Shown piece after piece: positions 1-12,289 of a stretch of 64,000 bases of DNA. The DNA is from Squalus acanthias. Its lineage: Eukaryota. The notes under the pieces are model-generated. The model was not told the origin of the DNA. It was given only the letters and a program-made list of their open reading frames with translations, and did not search any database. A program made the position numbers and the translations under genes. Position 1 is the first letter of the stretch. Each line of letters starts with the position of its first letter. The stretch is from the NCBI GenBank assembly GCA_030390025.1, contig CM059431.1, forward strand, positions 154,320,001-154,384,000, read 5' to 3'.

Positions 1-1049
1 CCTTTTTATATCTCCCCCCATGCACCTTATAGTTATGCCCCCTTGGAACAGCTACATCCACCCGAGGAAATAGTCTCTGAAATCCACTCTATCTATCCCC
101 CTCATCATCTTATAAACCACTATTAAGTCGCCTCTCATCCTCCTCCGCTCTAAAGAGAAAAGCCCTAGCTCCCTCATCCTTTCCTCATAAGACTCCCCCC
201 CAAACCAGGCAGCATCCTGGTAAATCTCCTTTGCACTCTTTCCAATGCTTCCACGTCCTTCCTATAGTGAGGTGACCAGAAATGCACACAATATTCCAAA
301 TGTGGTCTCACCAAGGTCCTGTACAGTTGCAGCATAACCTCACGGTTCTTAAACTCAAACCCCTTGTTAATAAACGCAAACACACTACAGGCATTCTTTA
401 CTGATCTATCCACTTGAGTGGCAACCTTCAGAGATCTGTGGATATGAACCCCCAGATCTCTCTGTTCCTCCACGTTCCTCAAAACCCTGCCGTTGACACT
501 GTAATCCTTATTCAAATTTGCCCTACCAAAATTAATCACCTCGCATTGATCAGAATCAAATTCCATCTGCCATTTTTCGGCCCAGCTCTGCATCCTTTCA
601 ATGTCTCTTTGCAGCCTACAACAGCCCTCCACCATATCCACTACTCCACCAATCTTGGTGTCATCAGCAAATTACTGATCCACCCTTCAGTCCCCTCCTC
701 CAAGTCATTGATTAAAATCACAAACAGCAGAGGACGCAGCACCGACCCAAGTGGCACACCGCTGGTAACTGGTCTCCAGTCCGAAAATTTTCCATCCACC
801 ACCACCCTCTGCCTTCTATGAGATAGCCAGTTACTTATCCAATCGGCAAAATTTCCCTCTATCCCACAACACCTTACTTTCTTCATGAGCCGACCATGGG
901 GAACCTTCTCAAACGCCTTACTAAAATCCATGTATACGACATCAACTGCTCTACCTTCATCTCGACACTTAGTTACCTCCTCAAAGAATTCAATCAAATT
1001 TGTTAGGCATGACTTACCCTTCATGAATCCGTGTTGACTATCCCGGATT
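1..1049 (-). mobile_element. CR1 LINE fragment (RT C-terminal half), same young subfamily as 28741-32261
   Basis: ORFs 641..1024 and 174..641 encode [32 protein letters not shown] and LVRPHLEYC motifs; DNA nearly identical to about 28965-30015. Confidence 0.93.
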
Positions 1050-3340
1050 AATTATTTAATATTTCTACGTCTCGTTATCGTTACCTGTGCTATTAGCCTG
1101 TCTATACGTTAAAGGCCCTATTCCCATCCCAACCTTCCATTTTTATTGATGTGCCTCTAAAATATTTTAATATTTTGATTCATGTTCCTTGATAATTTAA
1201 TTTCATAGTTCCTCTTTGCCTTGCTAATTGTTTTTTTGACATCTCACCTAATCTCTTCATATTCTCCCTTATTATGCACTACCCTGCTGTCCATGTAGTT
1301 AATGTATGCCTCTTTCCTTACCCTCAATTGTTCCCTTATTGCTTTATTCATCCATGGAGTCTCATTAGTCTTTAATTTGTTCTTTCCTTTTAGCGGAATA
1401 TATTGTTCCTGCATTCTGTTAAACACCGTTTTACATGTTTCCCATTGCTGTTCTACATCGTTATTTGCAAATATTGTTGCACCTTTTATTTTCCCTCGTT
1501 CTATTCTCAGCCCCCGAAATCAGCTTTTCTCCAATCTATTACCCTGGTTTGCGTCATAATTATGTCTTTCTCGATTATCATCTAAAAGCGTATTAGATTA
1601 TGGTCACTGTTGTCTAGATGTTTCCCCGACTTTTCCTTCTCTTATCTGCTCTGGTTCATTCCCCACTACTAGATCCAATAGCGAATCCTCCCTTGTTCGG
1701 CTTTTTACATATTGGGTTAGAAAGGTGTCCTGTACACATAGTATGAACTCCATTCCCTTATCCCCTTTACCTACCTCTTCTGTCCAATTAATATCGGGGT
1801 AGTTGAAATCCCCCATGATTGTTATTCTAAGTGTTTTACTAATTTCCCTAATTAGACTGCATATTTCTTCCTCCACCTTCCTTCCACTATGAGGTGATCT
1901 GTAGACTACACATATTAGTGTGATTGCTCCTTTATTAGCTTTTATCTCTAACCATTTGGATTCTATATTTTTCTTGCTGATAGCTGTCTCAATTTTTTTC
2001 TACTGCCATTATGTTATCCCGAATAAGTACAGCTACTCCACTCACCCGTTTTCCCTTTCAATCTTTTGTAAATATATTATATCCCGAATGTTTAATTGCT
2101 AGGCCTCATTTTTCTGCAGCTATGTCTCAGTAATCCAAACTATGTTTGGTAGCTCACAACGCATGATTGCCTTCATCACCCGTGTTTTATTACGCACACT
2201 GTGTGCATTGCTGCACAGACAGTTAATGCCACTTTTAATATAATTTCCTCTCACTTTATGTTTAACCACTTTTTAGACTGCTGTTCTATAACTCTATTTA
2301 TTCCCTTTCCATCAATGTCCTCATTACTTTATTCTTTCCTCTGCTCTATTTGCCTGTTTTCTTTATAAATAGGCTAGTTACGTTCCTTGATGAACCCTCC
2401 CCGCATATTACTAGTTTAAAGCCTTTGAATTCTCATATTTATCCTTTCAGCTAGGATACGGGTCTCATCGGATATGGGTCTCATCCCGGTTCAGACGGAG
2501 CCCGTCCCATCGGTACAGCTCCTTCGTGTCCCAGAATTGGTGCCAGTGTTCCATGAAATGGAACCCCTCTTTCCCAGACCAGCCCTTTAGCGACGTGTTA
2601 ATTCTCCTGATCTGTCGGCTTCTATGCCAATTTGCACGTGGCTCGGGCAATAATCCAGAGATTATTACCCTCGAGATCTTGCTTTTTAATTTAGAGCCTA
2701 AATCCTGACACTCTGTCAGCAGGACCACCTCCCTCTTCCTACCTATATCTTTTCTTCCAGCATGGACCCCGACAACTGGATTCACCCCCTCCCTTTCCAA
2801 GTTTCTCTCCAGCTGCCGTGAGATATGCCTTACCCTGGCACCGGGTAGGCAACACACCCTTCAGGATTCTCGTGCTTGTCTGCAGAGGATGTTATCTTTC
2901 CCCCCTAATTATAGAGTCCCCTATCTCTACCACATTTCGATTCTGCTCCCCACCCTCCTCGTTGGATAGCCTTCTGAGCCACGGTGCCTTGGTCTGCATC
3001 GTGGCTGTGCTCTGTGGAGTATTTTACCTTGTGCTCACTGGTAGCGAGTACTTCGTACCTGTTGACTGTACACAGTGTCTTTGGGACCTCCTTCTCCAGC
3101 TCACCTAAATTCCCGCTACCCGGGTCCCTAGCAGTCACACCCTTCCCTTCCAGAACATGTGATTCCTCTAGGTTGTGACTGCATACTGGATAAAACTGTC
3201 AGAAATTCCTCCCCTCCCTTATGTGCCGGAGCGTCTCCAACTCACACTCCAGCTCAATGACTCTGAGTTCGAGAGAGTCGAGATGGAGACATCTCCTGCA
3301 GACCTGTTAGCTCTGGAGAGTCTCGCTGCCAACAAACTCC
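1050..3340 (-). mobile_element. Degenerate CR1 LINE 5' part: ORF1 (esterase-like) and APE endonuclease
   Basis: 2465..2857 CCLPGARV...WDGLRLN (SGNH-like ORF1); 1604..1876 MGDFNYPDINW...LLDLVVGN. Confidence 0.88.
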
Positions 3341-3341
3341 C

Positions 3342-3392
<51 letters not shown>

Positions 3393-3434
3393 TATACGAT
3401 ATATATATAATATATATATACACACATTAAACAG

Positions 3435-3465
<31 letters not shown>
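3342..3465. repeat. Compound (TA)n-(CA)n microsatellite
   Basis: Directly visible. Confidence 0.97.
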
Positions 3466-3982
3466 ACCAGTGCTTTTGCGATCACTTCCCTAACGGATTT
3501 TAGTATGCGTGGATGCAACTAATCTGAAAACGGGTTTATGACTCGCTCAGTTTGTCTCGTTTGTCAATTATTTCCCTCCATTCTATGTTAAATGTTCTCA
3601 TAGTCAAATGTGAGAAATTGGGATTGCTCTCATTCAGAAGGCAAGGTTATCGAGCGGTGTGATAGAGGTGTCCAAACTCATGAAGGATTTTTCTTGAGTA
3701 TATAAGGTAAAATGCTGCTTGCAGTGGCAGAAGATGGGTAACCAGAGGATACAGATTTATGGCAATTGGCAAAAAAACAAGCGGATTTATTATGATCTGG
3801 AATGCACTTTCTGAAAGGGTGGTGGATGCAAATTCAAGAGCATTTGTCGTAAGAATGAGCCTTACGCGTGGTGAACTTAAAGTAAGCTGTAATCAACTAA
3901 AAAAGGTGCTATATACAAAAGAGGTCTTACTCTATGCCTCTCCAGGATCCAACTGATCAGTCCAGTATTTATCCTGGACTAA

Positions 3983-6382
3983 TCACAGGAAGTGATGCAA
4001 TAAAGTTCGAGTCACAGGAAGCTGTCTTGTGTTGCCACATTCTCCCCCCCCAAAAAGATTAGGAGGCCGGGATGCTCCCTCCATTTCGTAGCCGCTGGAC
4101 GAGGGAGAGCCGCACCCGTTTGGGTATCGTAGCGGTAGAGGGCCCCTAGCCCGTTTACCCGCCGCGGGCCGTGGACCAGAGTCCGAGTGATCCAGCCCGC
4201 TCTGTGAGGGGTCAGGACGATCCTGACTGTGTACTGGTGCCCGAACGGGTGTCAGGCAGGGCTGTGGCAGATCCGTTTCCGAGCGTACGGTACGGGGTGG
4301 ATCGTGGCTGCGCGTGCGAGCCCCGACGGGCTCATAGTCAGTCTGCCCCAGGTCGGCACGCTGGAGTGAGGTACCAGCCGGCGTCAGATGCAGATCGTGA
4401 TGAGAGGCACCTGGCGGGCCCAGAGATGTGCCTGGTACAATATCATCCCCTGGTGTCCCTCTATGTGTCGGCGGGCAGGGAGCCGGATCCTGCAATGACA
4501 CGGTAGATTCTCGACCGTCAGGATACCGAATATAGGCGTAGGTAGGGTTGACGTCAGAGAGCTCAACCTCATCTACCAGGGGGTCAGTTTTAGACGCCCG
4601 GACATATCTTCGGAGTAGCACTGGTCCCGGTGCAGTCAGCCACGACGGGAGAGATATCCCATAGGATGAGCGACGCTGAAATCGGAAGAACCGTTCATGA
4701 GACGTCGTATTTGTGGCGGTCGAAAGGAGGGACCATGTGGAGTGTAATGCGTCTGGGAGTACTGCTTCCCATTGCTGGTTGGGTAGGCCCCGAGATATCA
4801 AAGCCAGACGTACCGTATTCCAGATGATAGCGTTAAAACGCTCGACTTGCCCATTCCCGACCGGATGATAAGGCGTCGTTTTGCTGGCAGCAATACCCTG
4901 TTCCGAGAGATAGGCCTTGAGTTCTCCTGACATAAAAGAAGGGCCCCGATCCGAATGAACATAGGATGCCATGCCACAGAAAGCAAATACCTGCTCAAGG
5001 CAGCTGATAACCGTGGACGTCAGCATATTGGGGCAGGGAAAGGCAAACGGAAAACGGGAATACTCATCGACCATGGTCAATAGATAAGTGTTGCAAGTTG
5101 AAGAGGGCAACGGCCCCTTAAAATCGATGCTAAGCCGTTGCATTGGCTGGGTCGCATGTATGAGTATACCACTCGAGGGGCGGAAAAACCGAGGTTTCAA
5201 TTCCGCACAGACTCTGCAGTCCGAGCACATCTTCTTTACATCCCCGGTAGAGAATGGGAGATTTCGGGACCGCACGAAGTGTAGCATGCGAGTAACGCCC
5301 GGATGACACAACCCATCATGGATGTCTATGAGCGTAGAGGGTGCCATGGCGGAGCAGAATGCTCGTGTGAGGGTATCCGGAGCCACATTCTCCTTGCCAG
5401 GTCGATAGTGATTGGTGTAACCAAAAGAGGCCAATTCCAGCCGCCAAAGCTGGATTTTATTATTTTTAATTTCGGTCCGTTTTCGATTATCGAGCATGAA
5501 GGCGACCGATCGCTGGTCCGTGATTAAGGTAAAGTGCTGGCGAGCTAGGAGGTGACTCCACTTCCGTACTGCCTCTATGATGGCTGTAGCTTCTTTCTCG
5601 ACTGGAGGATAATGTAGCTCAGCCCCTTGAAAAGTGCTGGACAAAAATGCCACCGGACGACCTTCCTGATTCAGAGTGGCCGAGATCGCCACCTCCGAGG
5701 CATCACACTCAACGACAAAAGGAAGACTCTCATCGATGGAGTGAAGAGTCGCTTTCTCCAACTGTTTTTTCAGGAGGTTAAAGGCTGCAACAGCCGCTGT
5801 GTCTAGTGGGAATGTGCTGGCCTTCAGTAGAGGTTGGATTCGGTCCGAGAAGTTAGGAATCCATTTAGCATAGTATGCAAACAGGCCGAGGGCCCGGCGC
5901 AAGGAGGCCGGATTCTTAGATGGCGGGAGTTCTTGGAGTGGGCGAAGCCTTTCAGGGTCAGGTTTAATGATGCTATTGCCCACACAATAGCCAAGGATGT
6001 TGATGGTTGGTTGTGACTCAATGGATTTAGCCGCATTTAATGTCAAATTACGGTGCTGGAGTGCATCCCAAAATCGTTGGAGTTTGGCGTCATGTTCCCG
6101 CTGATTGCGACCTGCGACAGTAATATTGTCCAGATAAGGAAACGTATCCTTCAAGTCTTCCTGTTTGACCAGGTCATCCATTGCTCGCTGGAAGACAGCC
6201 ACTCCATTAGTGACCCCAAAGGGGAGGCGACGAAATTGATACAGCCGTCCATTGGCTTCAAAGGCCGTATAATGCTTGTCTGAGACCTTCAAGGGTACCT
6301 GATGATAAGCACTTTTTAGATCATATGTTGAGAACACCGTGTACTCAGCCAATTTATTAACCATATCATCGATGCGCGGCAA
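3983..6382 (-). CDS. Gypsy RT-RNase H-integrase (in frame with gag ORF after one TAA)
   Basis: DLKSAYHQ, LPFG, YLDN (YxDD site), ECDAS, TDQ, HPG...CRVC, IDFKGPLP, HSDRG, GNGQVER. Confidence 0.93.
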   Translation of the reverse strand: MPRIDDMVNKLAEYTVFSTYDLKSAYHQVPLKVSDKHYTAFEANGRLYQFRRLPFGVTNGVAVFQRAMDDLVKQEDLKDTFPYLDNITVAGRNQREHDAKLQRFWDALQHRNLTLNAAKSIESQPTINILGYCVGNSIIKPDPERLRPLQELPPSKNPASLRRALGLFAYYAKWIPNFSDRIQPLLKASTFPLDTAAVAAFNLLKKQLEKATLHSIDESLPFVVECDASEVAISATLNQEGRPVAFLSSTFQGAELHYPPVEKEATAIIEAVRKWSHLLARQHFTLITDQRSVAFMLDNRKRTEIKNNKIQLWRLELASFGYTNHYRPGKENVAPDTLTRAFCSAMAPSTLIDIHDGLCHPGVTRMLHFVRSRNLPFSTGDVKKMCSDCRVCAELKPRFFRPSSGILIHATQPMQRLSIDFKGPLPSSTCNTYLLTMVDEYSRFPFAFPCPNMLTSTVISCLEQVFAFCGMASYVHSDRGPSFMSGELKAYLSEQGIAASKTTPYHPVGNGQVERFNAIIWNTVRLALISRGLPNQQWEAVLPDALHSTWSLLSTATNTTSHERFFRFQRRSSYGISLPSWLTAPGPVLLRRYVRASKTDPLVDEVELSDVNPTYAYIRYPDGRESTVSLQDPAPCPPTHRGTPGDDIVPGTSLGPPGASHHDLHLTPAGTSLQRADLGQTDYEPVGARTRSHDPPRTVRSETDLPQPCLTPVRAPVHSQDRPDPSQSGLDHSDSGPRPAAGKRARGPLPLRYPNGCGSPSSSGYEMEGASRPPNLFGGGECGNTRQLPVTRTLLHHFL

Positions 6383-6385
6383 TGG

Positions 6386-8002
6386 TTATGCGTCCAAGTC
6401 CATATATTGATTGATGGTCTGTGAATAGTCAATGCACAGCCGTTTCTTGTGAGGTTGTAGAGGGTTCTGAACAATAACGACCTGGGCGCGCCATGGCGAT
6501 GAACAAGGCTCGATGATATCCTCTGCTAAAAGCCGATAAATCTCAGCCGCAATAAAAGACTGGTCTTCCTGACTGAAACGTCGTGACTTTGTTATAATCG
6601 GTTTGCATCGAGGAGGGATACTGGAAAACAGTGAGGGTTCATCCAGTGAAGCTGCTGACAATGCACAGAACGGTAATCGAGGTAGTATATTAGAAATAGT
6701 GAGTTCAGGTTTAGATCCGCCGAACTCAATGGTGAGCTTCTTATGCTGCTTCTGAAAATCCAGCTCTAAGATAAGATCACTACATAAGTCCTTGAGCACC
6801 AAAAGCCGGGTGGAGGGATACCTGTGACCATTAAGTCTTATTTCAACCCTACAAAAGCCAGAAATTCTGGTATTAAGTGATGACTGAGCCATCGCAACTG
6901 CCTGGTCCGATGGGAAAACATGTAGCTTTAACTCTGCAACAATCTGTTCCCTAATGAAACTATCAGTGCTACCTGAGTCAATTAAGGCATCTAAAGTATG
7001 TCCATTAATTGATGCTTTTGTAGCTGCATGGAATAGGTTCTGAGGACAAGCAGCAGTAATTGGTGTCGTTGCACAAAGAGTGGCTGAAACTCTAGGTGTG
7101 TTTCTTCGAGAGGAAGCACGATAGATTTTAGCCAGAACATCTTGATAGGCCCTTACCAGGGCAGTTCGGTAGGACTTAGCTTGATAAGCCCTCGTAGAGG
7201 CTCTTGATAGGCAAACCTTTGCAAAATGACCCTTTTTGTTGCAATGACTGCAAAACGCATTGCGAGCAGGGCAGAATTTCCGAGGGTGGAACTCATCACC
7301 ACAAAAGAAGCATTTCTTAGATTGCCAAGAGGCTGCCACAGTGGGGTCATCATCCTCTTCATCAGTGAAGTCATCAGATTGATCGTCAGGGATAAAGACC
7401 TCCCTAATAGAGTTCACCTGTGGCCTCTTAAATTGCCTGACTGTAGTTAAGGCAGTAGACCGAGGTCTGGGCACTGTATAAAGGTCTGCATTTCTTTTTG
7501 CCAGATCTAGAGAGCAAGCCATGTCATAAGCTCTCTGAAGCTCAAGTGTCTTACTTTCCAGTAGACGCTGGCGTATAAATGGGGAGGCAAGCCCGCAGAT
7601 GAAAGCATCACGGATCATTTCTTCACGGTACAGCTCAGCTGAGGCCGCCCGAAAGTTACAGTCCATACTAAGTCTGCGAAGCTCTTGGAGGAATTTATCA
7701 ATGGATTCCTCCGGCCCTTGTTGGGCTGTAGCAAGTAGATGTCTGGCATAGACCTCATTCGGTGTCTTATTATATAGTCTCTTAAGCTTCCGAATTGCCT
7801 CCTCGTAACTGTCCCATTCCTCCACATACTGAAATACATTCGGGGTGACACAGTTGATGAGTATCCGCAACTTTGAGTCATCATCAGCCTTAAAATATTC
7901 CAGAAAATTGTCAAACGTGCGATACCAGTGTTTCCACACCTTACCGGCTGCTGGGGTGTTTGGGTCCAAGTCAAGACGCGATGGTTTAAGGATGTTTTCC
8001 AT
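6386..8002 (-). CDS. Gypsy gag-protease-RT N-terminus (first part of one polyprotein)
   Basis: Two CCHC-like knuckles (CFFCGDEFHPRKFC, CSHCNKKGHFAKVC); protease ALIDSGS; SSPW...RLCIDY. Confidence 0.92.
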   Translation of the reverse strand: MENILKPSRLDLDPNTPAAGKVWKHWYRTFDNFLEYFKADDDSKLRILINCVTPNVFQYVEEWDSYEEAIRKLKRLYNKTPNEVYARHLLATAQQGPEESIDKFLQELRRLSMDCNFRAASAELYREEMIRDAFICGLASPFIRQRLLESKTLELQRAYDMACSLDLAKRNADLYTVPRPRSTALTTVRQFKRPQVNSIREVFIPDDQSDDFTDEEDDDPTVAASWQSKKCFFCGDEFHPRKFCPARNAFCSHCNKKGHFAKVCLSRASTRAYQAKSYRTALVRAYQDVLAKIYRASSRRNTPRVSATLCATTPITAACPQNLFHAATKASINGHTLDALIDSGSTDSFIREQIVAELKLHVFPSDQAVAMAQSSLNTRISGFCRVEIRLNGHRYPSTRLLVLKDLCSDLILELDFQKQHKKLTIEFGGSKPELTISNILPRLPFCALSAASLDEPSLFSSIPPRCKPIITKSRRFSQEDQSFIAAEIYRLLAEDIIEPCSSPWRAQVVIVQNPLQPHKKRLCIDYSQTINQYMDLDA

Positions 8003-9307
8003 GATGGGTGATTCCCTGGATCCTTAGTTCCGAGTTCGTTCAAGAAGTTTGAGTGCGAAGTTTTCCAAAGTTGATTAAATTGTCGTAAGAATGAGCCTTA
8101 CGCGTGGTGAACTTAAAGTAAGCTTTAATCAACTAAAAAAGGTGCTACATACAAAAGAGGTCTTACTCTATGCCTCTCCAGGATCCAACTGATCAGTCCA
8201 GTATTTATCCTGGACTAATCACAGGAAGTGATGCAATAAAGTTCGAGTCACAGGAAGCTGTATTGTGTTACCACAGTATTCTTTTAAGGGAATTGGTAAA
8301 AGACTTGAAGGGAAAATTTGCCGAAACAGCAGAAAGGACAGGGTATTCCTGACAAACCTGATTGAAATTTTTGAAAAGGTGATTAAAGCAGTGGACAGGG
8401 CAATGTCTATGTCTATTATTTAATCGAACTTAGAGTCATTGAGACATAACGGCACAGAAGGAGGCCATTAACCTGTCGAGTCCGTACCGGCTCTCTGTAG
8501 AGCAATCCAGATAGTCCATTCACTGCTCTATCAGCTAACCCTGCAAGTTTATTTCCCCCAAGTGCCTATCCAGTCTCCCCTTGAAATCATTGAGTTTCTC
8601 CGTTTACATCATTTCCGTCATAGCGAGATCCAGGTACTTACCACTCGCTGCATAAAAATGTTTTTCCTCACAATTCCCCTGTATCTCTTGCCCAAAACCT
8701 TAAATCTGTGTCCCCTTGTCCTTGTACCATCAACTCGTGGAATTAGTCTTTCCCCATCTAGCCTATCCAAACCCATCATAATCTTGTACACTTCCATCAA
8801 ATCACTCCTCAATATCCTTTGCTATAATGAAAACAAATCCAACTTCTCCACCTTGTCTTTTTAGCTAAGATCCTCATCCCCGGAACCATTCTAGTATATC
8901 TCCTCTGCATCCTCTCAAGGGCCTTCACATCCTTCCGAAAGTGTGGTGACCAGAACTGGACGCAATACACCAGTTGTGGCCGAACCAGCGCTTTATAAAT
9001 GTTCCATTAACTTCTCTACTTTTGTACTCAATACCTCTATTTATGAAGCCAAAGATCCCATATGCTTTGCTAACCACTCTCTCAATATGCCCTGCCACAT
9101 TCAGGAACCTATGCACATTAACTCCTAGGTCCCTCTGTCCCTGCACACTTTTTAAAACTGCCCCATTACATGTATATTGCCTCTCCCTGTTCCTTCTGCC
9201 AAAATGCATTACCTCACACTTCGCTGTGTTAAATTCCATCTGCCACTTGTTTGCCCATTCTGCTAGCCTTTCTCTGTCCTGCTGCAGTCGATTGGTATTA
9301 TCACAAG

Positions 9308-9792
9308 ACTGATACCTGGGATGGCAGAATTGACGTATGAAGAGAGATTGGGTCGATTGGGCTTATACTCGCTGGAGTTTAGAAGAATGAGAGGGGATCA
9401 CATTGAAACTTATAACATTCTGACAGGACAGGACAAACTAGATGCAGGAAGGATGTTCCGATGGTCGGGGAGTCTAGAACCAGGGGTGACAGTCTAAGGA
9501 TGAGGGGTAAGCCATTTAGGACAGAAATGAGGAGGAATGTCTTCACCCCGGGAGTGGTGAAACTGTGGAATTCTCTGCCACAGAAGGCAGTAGAGGCCAA
9601 TTCATTAAATAGATTCAAGAAGGAGTTGGATATATTTCTTAAGGCTAAAGGGATCAAGGGATATGGGGAGAAAGCAGGGACAGGGTACTGAATTTGGATG
9701 ATCAGCCGTGATCGCATTGAATGGCGGAGCAGGCGAGATGGGCCGAATGGCCTACTCCTGCTCCTATCTTCTATGATTCTATGATTCTATGA
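9308..9792 (+). mobile_element. 5'-truncated CR1 3' end with (TTCTATGA)n tail
   Basis: ESRTRG...FRTEMRRN...LWNSLPQ; CR1 3' UTR gggccgaatggcctactcctgctcc; tandem tail. Confidence 0.92.
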
Positions 9793-11284
9793 TCCTCACT
9801 GTTTGCCACAACCAAGTTTGGTGTCATCGGCAAAGTTACAAATTCTACTCTGTATTCCAATATCCAGGTCATTTATATATATCGAAAAAAAGCAGTTTCC
9901 CCAGCACTGACCCTTGTGTAACACAACTGTCTACCATCCTCCAGTCTTAAAAACAACCATTTAGAAAAACTCGCTGTTTCTGTCCTTAAGTCAGTTCCAT
10001 ATCCAAGCTTCCACTGACCCACCTATTGCATGATCCTCAATTTTGTTACCAGCCTTTTATGTGGTACTTTGTCAAACGCCTTCCTAAAATCCATGAAGAC
10101 AAAATCCATTGCATTCCATTAATTAATCCTCCCTGTTACTTCATCAACAAATTCAATTAGATTAGTTAAACACGTTCTGCCTTTTAGAAATCCGTCTTGG
10201 CTCTCCTTAATTAGCTTAAACCTCTCCAAGTGCCTGTTATTTTTTCCCTTGATTATTGTTTCTAAAACTGGCATGCAAGCCATCGGGTACCGGTGAGTTA
10301 TCCGGTATAAGCATACCCAGCCTTTCGAGTATATTCTGTCTATCTATTTTCACCCCTTGCATTGCTTCTACATTTTACACTTCTACCAATATTTTGTCAG
10401 CCTTCACCTCCTTAGTAAACACCGATACAAATCTTTGAGTATTATAGCCTTGCCCTACGCCTCTATGCATATATCACCTTCTTTGTCCCTAATAGGCCCG
10501 ACCCGCCTCTTACTACTCGCTTACTGATTACATGCTGGTAGAAGAGTTTTGGGTATCCTTTTATGTTAACCGCCATTCTATGCTCATATTCACTCTTTGC
10601 CAATCTTATTCAGATCTTCACTTCGCCTCTCAACTAATTGCATTTGGCCTGGTTCTGACTTGCCGAATTCACCTGACATGCACCATACACCCTCTTTATT
10701 TGTTTCATCATCTTCGCTATCAACCTCGTTATCAATGATCTCTTGCATTGATTCACTTACCCGTTCCAATTGTTGGAATGTACCTAGCCTGTACTTGGAA
10801 CAACCCCTAATTAAATATCACCCATTGTTCCGTTACAGTTTTTCCTGTCAGCCTTTGGGTCCATTTTACCGTAGCTATATCCTTACACATCCCATTGAAG
10901 TTAGCCCTATTCCAGTTGCGAAGTTCCACTCGAGATTGTTCCTTGCTCCTTTCCATTGCTAATCTAAATCTTATGATAAGATAATCACTCGTACCCAAGT
11001 GTTCTCCCACAGACACTTGTTCGAACTGGTCCAACTGGTTCCCCAACACCAGATACAGCAATGCCTCCTTCCGGGTTGGGCCAATAACATACTGGTCAAG
11101 GAGGTTCTCCTGAACACATTTCAGAAATTCCTCCCCTTCCTTTCCCATTACCCTAGCATTATCCTAATCGATGTTAGGGTAATTAAAGACCCCAATATCA
11201 CAACGCTATAGCTTTGCATATCTCTGCGATTTCCTGCATCATTGCTCCTCCACCTCTCTCTCACTATTTGGAGGCCAAGTTGGA

Positions 11285-11441
11285 AAGATTAACTGTAATC
11301 ATCTGGCAGTGTTCTCTGACAATATATGCTGAGACTTTATGCATCTCTTCACTTCACCTGACGAAGGAGCAGTGCTCCAAAAGCTTGTGATTTCAAATAA
11401 AGCTGTTGGACTATAACCTGGTGTTGTACGACTTCTCACAT
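11285..11441 (+). mobile_element. Penelope-like pLTR fragment with mutated hammerhead motif
   Basis: Matches 43835-43990; ctgacgaaggagcagtgctccaaaagcttgtga. Confidence 0.85.
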
Positions 11442-12289
11442 CTGTACTCACTAGCACGTCACACCGGGAGTAATGCGGAGATTACTTCTTTTGTGTTCCT
11501 GCTTTTTAATCTCTTTCCCAGCTCCCTATATTATGCCACCATTTTCCAGGACTGTGAACTGCTTAGCGAACCAGATGCACTCTGGAGTTTCTGCCCTATC
11601 TGCCTGGTCCTCCTTCTCTGTCTGGTTGTCACCCTTCCCTCTCTGCCTGCACATTCTAAGGCTGCGGGGTGACCACTTCTCGAAACGTGCTTTCCAAGTA
11701 TTTCTCAGCCTCTCGGATGCACTGTAGTGACTCCAGCTGCTGCTCAAGCTCCGAAACCCGAAGCTCGAGTTCCTGCAGTTGGCGACACTTCCTGAACACG
11801 TGGTTGTCCAAGAAGCTCGAGGACTTCCCACATGGTACAGGATGTGCAAATCACGGCACTGAGCTGTACTGCCATACCTCTATTTACCAGAATTTTGAGG
11901 TAATTGAGCAAAGATAAACTTAAAACTTAACAAGAAACACTCAACAGCTACCCACGCATGAGCACTTCTCTCTATTAGATAGGCTTTGAACTACTTAGCA
12001 GAAATATACTAAAAACAGGACAAAAAATGTTACCACAAGTATGCACCCGAAATTCACCACTCAGCTGCCTTGTACCATCAAACCTCAGTGATTTGTTTTT
12101 TGCTCTCGGTTTGTTGATCAGCCATTAGGCTTTGCTCCCGCTCTTTGTAAACAGCCGCTCCGCTCACTGCTTCCGCTCTTAGTAAACAGCCGCTCGGCTC
12201 TCTGCTCCCACTTTTTGAAGTCCCTCATGATAGAAAGTTCGATAAACTTGATGTTAATGCAGCTGGAATCAAGTTGTTGACATACTCGT

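Larger units (their letters stand above)
3845..8275 (-). mobile_element. Full-length Ty3/Gypsy LTR retrotransposon
   Basis: 195-bp TG...CA LTRs at 3845-4039 and 8081-8275 (4 differences); TSD gcatt/gtatt; PPT (minus GGGGGGGGAGAA) next to the left LTR; inserted into a CR1 3' remnant. Confidence 0.97.
8430..12230 (-). mobile_element. Degenerate, internally deleted CR1 LINE with nested insertions
   Basis: ORFs 8618..8812, 8925..9239 and 10807..11148 are CR1 ORF2-like; 11442-11880 is ORF1-like. Confidence 0.8.

Noticed and set aside
3175..3522. YI/CV-rich ORFs
   Set aside because: Translation artefacts of the (TA)n/(CA)n microsatellite
6383..6388. Programmed gag/pol readthrough
   Set aside because: The stop falls on the conserved Tyr of the RT motif DAYPLP, not at a gag-pol boundary
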